A DNA stretch of 64,000 nucleotides, from NCBI RefSeq assembly GCF_902459465.1, contig NW_022985708.1:1-64000 (forward strand), given 5' to 3'. This DNA comes from Asterias rubens (Eukaryota). The notes under the pieces were generated by a model. The model saw only the letters and a program-made list of their open reading frames with translations. It had not been told where the DNA came from and made no database searches. The translations under genes were made by a program, and so were the position numbers. Shown here piece after piece: positions 25,201 through 37,200 of the stretch (position 1 is the stretch's first letter; each line of letters begins with the position of its first letter).

Positions 25201-28200
25201 CCTGGTAAGCGTGGTACTAATCCACCGTGGACATCTTGGTTATTATTGTCCCCCTTTGTACTCTTATTATACCACCGTGGACATCTTGTGTATTATTTCC
25301 CTTTACCTCCTGGTAAGCGTGGTACTAATCCACCGTGGACATCTTGGTTATTTTGTCCCCCTTTGTAATCTTATTATACCACCGTGGACATCTTGGTTAT
25401 TATTGTCCCCCTTTGTAATCTTATATACCACCGTGGACATCTTGGTTATTATTGTCCCCCTTTGTATTCTTATTATACCACCGTGGACATCTTGGTTATT
25501 ATTGTCCCCCTTTGTATTCTTATTATACCACCGTGGACATCTTGGTTATTATTGTCCCCCTTTGTACTCTTTATATACCACCGTGGACATCTTGGTTATT
25601 ATTGTCCCCCTTTGTACTCTTTATATACCACCGTGGACATCTTCGTTATTATTGTCCCCCTTTGTAATCTTATTATACCACCGTGGACATCTTGGTTATT
25701 ATTGTCCCCCTTTGTAATCTTATATACCACCGTGGACATCTTGGTTATTATTGTCCCCCTTTGTATTCTTATATACCACCGTGGACATCTTGGTTATTAT
25801 TGTCCCCCTTTGTATTCTTATTATACCACCGTGGACATCTTGCTTATTATTGTCCCCCTTTGTAATCTTATATACCACCGTGGACATCTTGGTTATTATT
25901 GTCCCCCTTTGTATTCTTATTATACCACCGTGGACATCTTGCTTATTATTGTCCCCCTTTGTATTCTTATTGTACCACCGTGGACATCTTGGTTATTATT
26001 GTCCCCCTTTGTACTCTTATTGTACCACCGTGGACGTCTTGTGTATTATTTCCCTTTACCTCCTGGTAAGCGTGGTACTAATCCACCGTGGACATCTTGG
26101 TTATTATTGTCCCCCTTTGTACTCTTATTTATACCACCGTGGACATCTTGGTTATTATTGTCCCCCTTTGTACTCTTATTGTACCACCGTGGACATCTTG
26201 TGTATTATTTCCCTTTACCTCCTGGTAAGCGTGGTACTAATCCACCGTGGACATCTTGGTTATTATTGTCCCCCTTTGTACTCTTATTGTACCACCGTGG
26301 ACATCTTGTGTATTATTTCCCTTTACCTCCTGGTAAGCGTGGTACTAATCCACCGTGGACATCTTGGTTATTATTGTCCCCCTTTGTACTCTTATTGTAC
26401 CACCGTGGACATCTTGTGTATTATTTCCCTTTACCTCCTGGTAAGCGTGGTACTAGTCCACCGTGGACATCTTGGTTATTATTGTCCCCCTTTGTACTCT
26501 TATTATACCACCGTGGACATATTGTATTTCCCTCATCCTCCTGGTAAGCGTGGTACTAATCCACCGTGGACACCTTGGTTGTTCTTGTCCCTCTTTGTAC
26601 TCCTATTATACCACCGTGGACAGTATTGTGTAGTATTTTTTTCTCATTTGGGTTTAATTGTTGCCTTTGTATTGTACGCCTAACCGTACACCCCGACTTA
26701 ATGACCCCAACAGAGACTGCTGTTCAGTGTACATACACATGTATGACGTATACAGTCATGTACATGTACATGTCCACGGTGGTACAGTCAAAATCCACAC
26801 GTCCACGTTTGGCTGCCTTGTCTTCTATGTATGATATGTTTAGGTTTACGTCCACGGTTTGGTCGTGATAATTCGGCAACTCCAGAAACCCTGAACAAAA
26901 ACTTTTACCTGTTCTAATCACACATTTAATAAATGTTCAGCGTACTAGCATCTGTAATATGATAAAACAGCCTACGAGACCATCAAAATACTGCCGTCCT
27001 CGTTTGTATAGTAAGATTAATATGTCCACGGTTGCAGGTCGTTACAAGTATGGGTGTGTGTGTAATGTACATGTGTATTTTGTGTGTAATGTACATCGCA
27101 GTTAGTTTGGAAGTGTTGTAGCGGCCTGTCAGATAATAGCTATAGCAAAGCATGGCGTCCAGTAGCAGTGTTGAACTTTCTGAGCTACAGCTGAAGTCAA
27201 CTAGTGAATTGTGTGAATTTCTGCGAACACTTTCAATTCCGGAGGACGTTGTTGACAAATTTGAGAGTAAGTATAATAGTATGGCTGGTGTTGTAAATTA
27301 TTGTTCCCAAGTAATAAACAAATTGTCTTGCACAGTCACCAATGTTGACAGTACAGAAATGTCATTGTCATGACGACATGCATGATGAATGGGCATGATG
27401 AGGAAGATTGAATGATTGATAGGTTCATACATACAGTACTATTCTCTATAGCCATAGGCCTATTATAAAGTGTTAATGTTCTGGTTGTACTTGCTGGGGA
27501 GAGATGCAGAATTAAGGTTTATGTCTGGTTTGTATTTTTACCCGAAAACGGGATCAAGTCGCGTACGTTCTGGTCGTTCCCATTGACCAGCGCGCTGGTA
27601 CACGGCACTAACGTACTGTAACTCGGTACGTACAGCAATATTCCCTGACAACCAGCGGGCGGCCTTATATAGCGTAAACATAAAACTTTAACTCTAGCGC
27701 GCCGAATTTAAATTACTTTTCTTTAAAATTTACATTACAAACACATATTTTTTGTTTGGATTTTGTGGAAAATTAGACTCAACATGACATGAAAGAGGCA
27801 TAGATAACATAATTTGGGTCAGTACACTGATTGAATGATAATCATGTCAAACAAAATACATTTTCTCTACTAGGCCTACTTTAACTATCTACTTGCAGGA
27901 GATATTTTATGTGTAAACAAAAAAAAAGTTTTTTTGTGGTGTTCTGTTCTTTTGGTTTTTTTTAAAATAAGCTTTTATCATTTTAAGTAACACAGATATT
28001 TAAAAATATGGTATGTATTCCAGACCTGCAGATTAAAACATTAAAAATGCAATGCATGTTTGATATGTACAGGTGAGGGAATTTGTGGTGAAGTTCTACC
28101 ACTATCATTGGCAGAATTGATGGAACTGGCACCTCGTATCGGACCACGTCGAATACTGCAGAAGCGAATCCCTCAGCTCCTTGGATACTTGGTAACAGTT

Positions 28201-31200
28201 ATTATTTAATCACTGATTGTAAATTATGCCACATCAGTGTTTGTTATGTCCTTTTAGGACAAATTTAGAAGTCTGCTTTTCTAAGCACCTTATAGAAAAA
28301 CACAAATATGATGCAGGTTTCATCATCAAATGTGGTTATTGTGAAGCCACATATGTGAAATATGATTCCTTTCGGAAACACATGTATCGCAAACATCAAA
28401 ATGAGCTGTCACTAGAGAGGAACATTTCTGAAGATGACTTGAGTGATAGGGAAAATCCTATGGATGAAGTTGATCATATTGACAACGAAACCACCGGTGG
28501 GCCATCATCAATAGGGCAATGTGCATCATACATTCTTCAGTTACATACCTCTAAAAATGTATCACAGACTGCTGTAGATGTAGTTGTTAGTAACACCAAA
28601 GAACTTATCTCAAATATAAATGATGTCAATTGTCAGAAAGTTATGGAACATCTTCATTAAGTTGGTGTCAACACAGACAATATTGACCTTGAAGGTATTT
28701 TCACAGATAACCCATTTACTGGTCTGGAAACCAGGGCAAAGCAAGACAAGTATTTTGAATCAAAAATGGGTTACATCGCACCAGAAGCAGTTGAAATTGG
28801 AACAAAATATGTTGTAAAAAGAACAAAAAACAACAAACGTTCAATGTTCTCAGAGGCTGTGTTTGGCTATTACATTCCATTTTGGAAATCTCTTGAGAGT
28901 CTTTTGCAACACAGTGAAATTGCTGAAGAAGTGGTGAAAGGACATGCATCTGCTGATGGGTATATGTATGACATCTGTGATGGATCATACTTTTCCCATC
29001 ATCCATTTTTTCAAGATGATGATTGTGGCATTCAAATTTTGATGTACAACGATGACATCGAAATAGTCAACCCTATAGGATCACATGTTAAAAAACACAA
29101 GCTTTCAATGTTTTATTGGTCCCTCACAAATATACATCCATCGTGCAGATCAAAGTTGTCTACAATTAACTTACTTGCTGTTGCAAAGTCAGTCGATTTG
29201 AAGAATGAAGTTGCAGCTTTTCACAGTGACTCACCGGCATTACGTAAGCTGCTTGAAGATTTTAAAGTGGCCCTACATAGGCTTGGAACAGAGGGAATAC
29301 GATTCTTACATGGCAACAATGAGTACCTGAAGAGAGGGGGACTTTTAGCAGTGCTTGGAGATACACCAGCTCTCCATGTTATTGGTGGATTTAAGGAAGG
29401 TGTTTCTTTTGCCCACAAAAAGTGCAGATCATGTGAATGTACTGGAGAGGAAATGACACAGCGATTCACCGAGTCAGAATTTACTCTGCGACAGGAAGAT
29501 GATCACATTAGAAGATGTGAGACACTGAGAACTCTGAGCAAGGATGCTCAAGTGTACTGGTCAAAGCATTATGGAATCAACACTTCCAGTATTCTCATTA
29601 AGTTTCCCTTCTTTAAGGTGACTGAATGCCTCATGCATGATGTTATGCATATTTTTTTTGAAGGTTTAGCACCACGTGAATTGACACTTCTTCTTCGTCA
29701 TTGTATATCTGAAGGGTATTTTACACTTCATCAGTTCAACAGATATGTAAAATCATTCAACTTTGGGAGCAGGTGGTCCAAAAACAAGCCTTGTGACATA
29801 GCCCCTCAGACCATCCAGCCTGGACATCAGTTAAGGCAGGATTCAACCCAGATATGGTGTTTGGTTCTGCATTTACCACATATTATAGGTCACATGGTTC
29901 CAATCGGTGATGAAAAATGGAAGAACTTCATCCGTCTTATCCAAATCATTACACTATGTACTTCACATCGTGTTGATGCCTCAACAGTTGCGTCATTGGA
30001 ACAGTTAATTGCCACTCATCATTTAAAATATACGCATCTATATCCTGAAGAGAATGTCACTCCAAAAATGCACTACTGTGTGCACCTACCAAAACAAATG
30101 CAGAAGTTTGGACCTCTGCGTAATTTGTGGGCTATGCGAATGGAGGCAAAACATTCACAGGCCAAGGGGAGGAAATGGAAAAATTTCAGAAATATGCCAT
30201 ACTCAGTCAGTGTGCATTATCAAAAGTGGATGTGTGGTAGAATGACATCTGGTGATGGAAACAGTCTTCCTTACTTCATAAAAGAAGCAGACAAGGTGAC
30301 AGAAGGGACAGATGAATTACTAGATAATAGTCATCATTTCTATCCCTCCCTTGTGGCCGCAAATCCTGAAATTGAGGAGATTGCACCTGTAGTTGTTATG
30401 TCTACAGTGAGTGTTACTATCAATGCAATTACCTACAAAATTGGGAATGTTCTATACTATAAAAGAGAAAATGACAACCGGCAGTTTGGAAAAGTCATTG
30501 CAATTATCGTTGGAAACATGCAAAAGTACCTAATCTTAAACAAGCTGGAAATTGTTCAGTTTAATTCGCATTTAAACAGCTATGAGGTAAAATTTACAAA
30601 TGCTGATGTATGTGTTTATCCTGTGCCAGAAAGGCTATGGTACCCATGGCCCATTATCTTTTATAAAAATTCCACAAAGTGGTTTGTCACTGTAGAAGGT
30701 GATATTGATGTAGAGCAGTTGTAAATTTCAATCCCATCAATAGAATGCAGAATTGGATGACACGTCTGCTGTTTTTCATGCACAGCAAGTAGTCTGCAGA
30801 GCACAGCAAGTACATGTAGTAAGGAGAGCACATGTGGTAACTCCAGCAGTGCAGGAGTTGATTCTGCTGGAAAATCATCAGGTACGTGGTAATTCTGTGG
30901 TGTACACCATTGATACAAGTGTGCTGATTCTCTTTGTATCATAGGGGGTTTAATGTATTTGATTTTTTTTTCCCAATTTAAAACAATAGTTTGTTAATGG
31001 TTTTTCAGTTAACTGCAAAAGCACTGAACTCAGTAAAAGCAAGCAGCCCAGTAATTGCAAAAGTAAGCAATCAACCATGTGTATTTTGCAGAAAGACTGA
31101 TGCTAATTGTAAGACTGAATAATCCAATATGCCTATCGTTTGTACAAGCAATTTATAGAAGTGCTCATCAAGTGACTAATTTATTTAAAATATGATTGAT

Positions 31201-34200
31201 CACTTTAAAAACTGCAGATGATGCAATCATTCTGATTGAAAGGGACATCTCTGATACAGTGAAGTTGTCCTATCCCTGTGAACTGCCAAGGTTTTCCAAG
31301 GTTGTGCACAAGGCTCTGCAGACAGGAAGTGTCTACAAGGAATGGGATCAATTCGTCAGAGAATCAGCAATTTTTTACTTGCCAGATATGCCAGCTTCTG
31401 ATGGATTAGCTCGGATTGCTTACCATAGCATCGGTAGATCCATGTTCGATGCGTTTCCTTGTATTGCCAGTGCTGGACAAAATGCTTGGGTAAGTACACT
31501 TTGGAAATTTGTTAAATTGTTTTGGTCTGGAAGCTTGCAGCCTGCTTACAAGGATGCTGCAAACTTATAGCAGCCAGGGTGTGCAAAAATGAAACTTTAC
31601 TTGCAAAGTTATAATCAAGACAGTCCAGGAGTCTGAAAAGCCCTCTAGTTTAGGAGTTGATTCAACCATGAATCAACAACCTCTACATCTAAAGTTGACC
31701 ACACAGGTTAATGTCCACAAACATCCATTTGTGCATATCACAGTCACATGTTTTTTTTTATTTTTGGCTCTTGTTTTCAGTCTCACTTCAACAGATGCTT
31801 AAGCTCAAAGATACGATGGGAGAGACAGAAGCGACTCAAAGTGATGAAACGCAAAGAAAGCCCAAAGGACCCTGATGCAGCAAGTAAACGTCCTTGCACA
31901 AATTCATCTCCCCCACCACTAGCACTCCCTTCCATTCAAGAGCCTTTGATCAGCGAAACAGTGTATGCTACACACATCAAAGAAATTCAAGTAAGCAACA
32001 CTTTCTTAGCAGACATACTTACAAACAACAGTTGTTAAATTAATTGTATTAAAACTTATTGCTGTAAATACTTGGACTTACTGGGCCATGGCATCAGTAC
32101 AGGCAAGGAAGTGGGTAGGTCATTCCATGCCAAGTTGATTGACAATGACCAACTTGGATAAACAAAAAGCATGAAATTCAAGCAATCAGGGTCGCGTTTC
32201 TACAAATAAATTTAAGTACCTTGCTGTACAATTTGTTTGCATCTGCCCATTTTTGAAATGTATTGTTATTATTTATTTATTTATTATATTATTTTCTCTC
32301 TTTTTTGGGGGGAGTCCATTGATTGTTGTAATGCTACAACACTCGATCTAAAACTTTTGATATTTTGGACAAAAGGGCTCAAATTCAGAACTAAACAGGC
32401 CTATAAACCAGTTTAGGGCTAAGAGCACTAGAATAATAGGACATCTGCTCTAGAATGAGAAAGGTTGTGGGTTCGTATCTCACCCGAGTTGCAGTGTATT
32501 TTTTCTGCAGAACTCAAAAGCACTGAGTAGGCCCACACAGTGCTTGTAACAACGTTGGTGTAATTGGAAAAATTCAAATATAAATTGTTCCCGATGCAAG
32601 AATCACACCATTGCACACAATTTGTTTGGACTTTTAGAAAGTGTTTACAGGCACTCGTAAGACAGACATGACACCCACAGTGATGGCCCACTTGGACAAC
32701 CTAATGCAGGAGACATTCCCACGTAGAAGGAAGCTAATACTGGCCCCAGACAACATGGACACATCAGAACTAGTAGAAAAGCTTTGGAAAGATTTCCCAT
32801 GCCTTCAAAATGACACATGCGTAAGTATATATATAATTGAAAATGTGGCCTCTCCACCTTTCTCCATTCCATTAAATGCTTTTGTTAATAGCTCTCTTCT
32901 ACCCCCTTGACCCTGAAAGAGACAGGATTATGGGGGCTGTGTCACACCCCCAGCCCACAAATCCCTTTAAATGTCAATACAATTTTCAATTATCCAAAAG
33001 CGAACTGATTGAGTTTCAATCCAAAGGCAGACTCGTGGCAAAGATAGTAATGTAGTAATGGTACAAAATATCATATGAAATTATTCCATCTATAAGTGTG
33101 TTGTATTTTTCAAAAGAAACAACTTAAAACATGTTGGACAAATCGATTTTTAAAAGCTCGCTGGTCAGGGATCTTTTTAAAGTCATTGAAAATACCTCAG
33201 AATACATGTACTTTGATTCTTAATTAATCAAACCCCTATTTTTATGATGCAGGTCACAATTTTGCAGTTTTCACTGACAAGTAGGACACTTATTGAGCTC
33301 AAAATTTCATAGTACAGTCTCTTTACACCTCAATAGAATTCCAGATTGGATATAATTAAGGCATTTTAATCAGTATAATTGTCCAATGCTGTGGGGGGCC
33401 TGTAAAAGCCACTCCAAGCAGTTTTCATTATTTCCATTGTTTCTTTTCATAGCTAATGCAGGAGATCAGACGTTGTGACATACACCTTGACACATACTAC
33501 AATGACAACTACTTGGGTGTGCTGGAGAACCTTGGTAAACTGTATGATATTCCACACGATGTAAGTGTAGTTGCATTGATTTTTTGTTTTTTACAAATTT
33601 TACTCAAACAATTTGGAATTATTGGATCCAACAGCTAAAAATGCAGATTATAATTAGATTAATGAAAACAATAATTGTAATGTGTGGGTTTATGGGCTTA
33701 TTACTGATACAATCATTATGTATTGAATTGGATCAAACTAGTTTTCTCTCTGATGCATAGCTCTAACTTCAACAAATTGCATAACAAGCAGTCACAGATT
33801 AACAAGCAGTCACAGATTAACAAGCAGTCACAGATTTTTTAGACTTGAGAGCCAAGTGGAGTCATTTTGGTGACCGAGTCCTGTCTTGTGGAAATAGTTT
33901 ACAGTTTTTGAGATGGAGATAGTGTAATTTTATGCAAAGGAGTATAACACAAATATTGTTGTCAAAACCATAAGGAGTAAATCAGCAGATCAGATAGGCA
34001 TCAGGAACTTATAGATTTTGTTCTGAACATTCCCAGGAATCATAGAAATAAAATGTTCTCCTTTTAACAAATTTCCATTTTATTTTTCAGACCGACTTTG
34101 ACCATGTTCAAGTCCTTAAGGAGACGGAAGTGCGCCTGAATAAACGCATCAAAAAAACAGAGGTCATCAAGGTCTTGAAGGTACTGATAACATTAATGAC

Positions 34201-37200
34201 ATGTTGGAGTAGCAGGTTGGGCTTGTGCTTCAGCAGTTACGAGTTAAATCATACTTGAACGAACATATTGTCCCACCTCCCCTCTGCCATCTCAAGTGCC
34301 ATCTCCAAAAACAAACAAACAACCGGAAAAACAGACTAACAAACAACCGAAAAAACAGACTAACAAACAAGAAAGCCACTGCTCAATTACTGAATCAAAC
34401 ATATTCACTCTATTTTTTTATCTCATCCTGCAGCTCAACTCGGACTCCATGGACTCGAAAGTAAATGGCCAGACATCACCTAGCCTCGTCATTACAACTG
34501 ATGATAACCTTGTTACATCTTCTCATGTCGTGGGTTTTGGGCGGACCCTTGTTGAGATGCAGGGGGAAGGTGCGTTGAAGAGGGGACTGCGGTCGCTTAT
34601 GGCAACCTACTACATCCTTGATTTCGAGTATCCTCCAGGATACTCGATGATGCTGAAATTCATACAGCACTACCTGATGGGCAGGATAGTGAAGGACATC
34701 CCCAAGTCGATCAAAACATTGTGCTCCAAGGCTGGAGTGGCTAACAGTGTGGATTAAGCGGTTGGGTGAGACAAAGCTATGCTTGGTGGTTAAGTAGAAG
34801 TAAGGTTTGGGGTAGTGCCATGTGAACATTTCTTGAGTGTGTGTCACTCAAAGTTTCGACCAGGAGCAATTTCGGACAAGAACATTTGTTAAACTAACTT
34901 TCCCGAATGCTGCATGAACAAATTAATGACAAAAAAAAATATTTTTCATAATTTTGCCGTGGATTTTTGGTGCATATATATTCTTGACACATCGACAGTA
35001 AGGGAGTTGAATCTGTTTGATACGTTGATGTGCTTTGCTAATATTTTCACTTGGTGCTACCCCAAACCTTGCTTCAAAAAGTCTCCCGATGTATAGCTGT
35101 TTATAGGCTGTACTCTTTCTGTACAATTATCTTAATTGCCAATACTTTATGTTCACCGAACTTTGAAACTGAGGATTATGCAATAGGTATTTTAATTTAA
35201 CCCTCCTTTGTAAACAGTACAATTTGTTAAGAAGTTGTTTGACCCCTTCAATTTTTCTGGGTTGGAGGGTTTTGAAAGGTCGACTAAATGTGTCGCTATG
35301 TATAGTACAGTACAATTTGTCATAAAGTTGTTTGACATGCCAAAACTTTTCCGAAAAAAAAGAGCAATCCTACACCCCCGCCCTAACCCCCATCTTACAC
35401 CCCACCCCACTCTGCCCCCCCCCCCCCGGTTTTTTGGTGTGGTAAAAAAAAAGGTAATCCTACACCCCAACCACACCCATATTGTCACCCCAGGTGTCCT
35501 GGCTTGGAAAAATAACCAGTCAATCTTGCACCCCAACACCCTTCCAGACCCATCCTCTTCCCCATCCCACCCCCATGCTCTTATTTGGTTAAAAAACTAC
35601 ACCAAAAACAATCAATCCTACACCACCCCCCTACAAAAAACAAACTCCTCCACCCGCACACCCAACAGTATATAGGAGGGTTAATTTAATAGAAAACGTT
35701 GGAACAACAGAAAAAAGTTGGAACAACGTGCCATTTTTCAGCACCTAACCCAAACCATTAATTCAATGATAATTAATCATTAGAGTAGACAGGAACCAAC
35801 TTATTGACAGATTTCTGAAAGAGCACAATATTAATGGTTCAAAGAATTTTGGGTAATTTTTGGTAAATATTTCTAGGACAGATCTTGATTCAGAAAGCTT
35901 AAGATAAAACAATTTCCTCATCACTTTATATTTAAAGGATTTAATCTTGCCAATTTGTGTTCACACAAACATTTCAACAACTCTTTTTAAAATAAAAGTG
36001 GGCATATTAGTGACAACAATGACCTTCTAACACATAGACATGTACCATCACTAGTAAAACTGAAATTAAGGTGTGTTTTTTATGAGCCACGTTTGGAACC
36101 ATCAAACGTTTTCTTTTTCCTGCCTAAACGTTATTTTATCGTGTTTTATGAGCATTCAAATGTTTTTAGAATGTTTCATGACATTAGAAAAAGTGATCAT
36201 TTGCAAATTTTGATAATAAGGTGTCTTTTTAAAAGTCGTAATTTAATCAAGAACAATTGTAACTTTTTACTTTGAATTTCAAGTTGTGTTGTTAAAGTTT
36301 TCAGTATAATTATGACATGCAAATGGTGTTCTGTATTCGAACATTGTTTGTTATCTAATAAGTGATTTACCAGATTTCAATGTAAAGTATACAATATATT
36401 TTTTTCTAATAAATCATATTCAGAGTTGATATTTCATTTTGAAATTGTCACTGTTTTTGTTTTTTTAGAATGCATCTGAAAACCTGTCTGACACCATCCA
36501 GTGATAGCATCTAAAGCGCATGATATGGCAGTAGTTTTAAACTATGCACTAAGGACACATCACCTCAAGTAACTCACGCACCAAATTTGTTCATTCGTTC
36601 TCCTCCGAGATGTGAAACTAGCACCTCATGTGTTCATGATCCCAGGGCAAAGGTGTTGCTATATGTGCTAGTCAGCAGGTGCTAGTTCAAAATTTTACCA
36701 TCACCTGAGGAGAGCCTAAACCGATACCTGTATTACATGAGGCAATAGGCGCACCTCAAGTGTTCATGATTCTGGGACAAAAGTGGTGCTAGTCATTATG
36801 TGCTAGTCATTATGTGCTAGTCAGCAGGTGCTAGTCCAAAATTTCACTATCACCTGAGGTGGGCCTAAATCATTACCTGTACCACATGAGGCAATAGGAG
36901 CACCTCAGGTGTTCATGATTTTTGGACAAAAGTGGTGCTAGTCAGCAGGTGCTAGTCAGCAGGTGCTAGTCAGCAGGTGCTAGTTCCAAATTTTACTATC
37001 ACCTGAGGTGGGCCCAAATCAATACCTGTACCACATGAGGCACAGAAGCACCTCAAGTGTTCATGATTCTGGGACAAAAGTGGTGCTAGTCATTATGTGC
37101 TAGTCATTATGTGCTAGTCAACACAACTGACACATGAGGTGCATGAAATAAGTGCCTCAAGTGTTCATGATTTTGGGACAAATATCTGCTGTCCCACAAG

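Larger units (their letters stand above)
11796..27046 (+). mobile_element. Crypton-like tyrosine-recombinase element encoding a SET-YR fusion (~15.3 kb)
   Basis: Imperfect 23-bp inverted ends (19/23): TGTAACTGCCTCCAAACGTGGAC (11796-11818) and GTCCACGGTTGCAGGTCGTTACA (27024-27046). Direct repeat GTGTGTGTAA at 11791-11800 and 27056-27065. It separates the E2 left end from the E2 genes. Confidence 0.7.

Noticed and set aside
24030-26625. CRISPR-like array (constant core with intervening sequence)
   Set aside because: The intervening parts are only two recurring monomers rather than unique spacers, there are no cas genes, and the context is eukaryotic.
24027-26683. Long hydrophobic ORFs (up to 417 aa) in all three + frames
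   Set aside because: They are translations of a stop-poor 50/58-bp satellite, with no domain or splice support.
11796-27046. LTR retrotransposon or DIRS element, suggested by TG...CA ends and a YR
   Set aside because: No long terminal repeats and no RT/RNase H/gag in any ORF.
28620-28770. Frameshift or programmed recoding in the E2 transposase
   Set aside because: Both ORFs are in the same frame. It is a simple TAA with no recognisable recoding signal.
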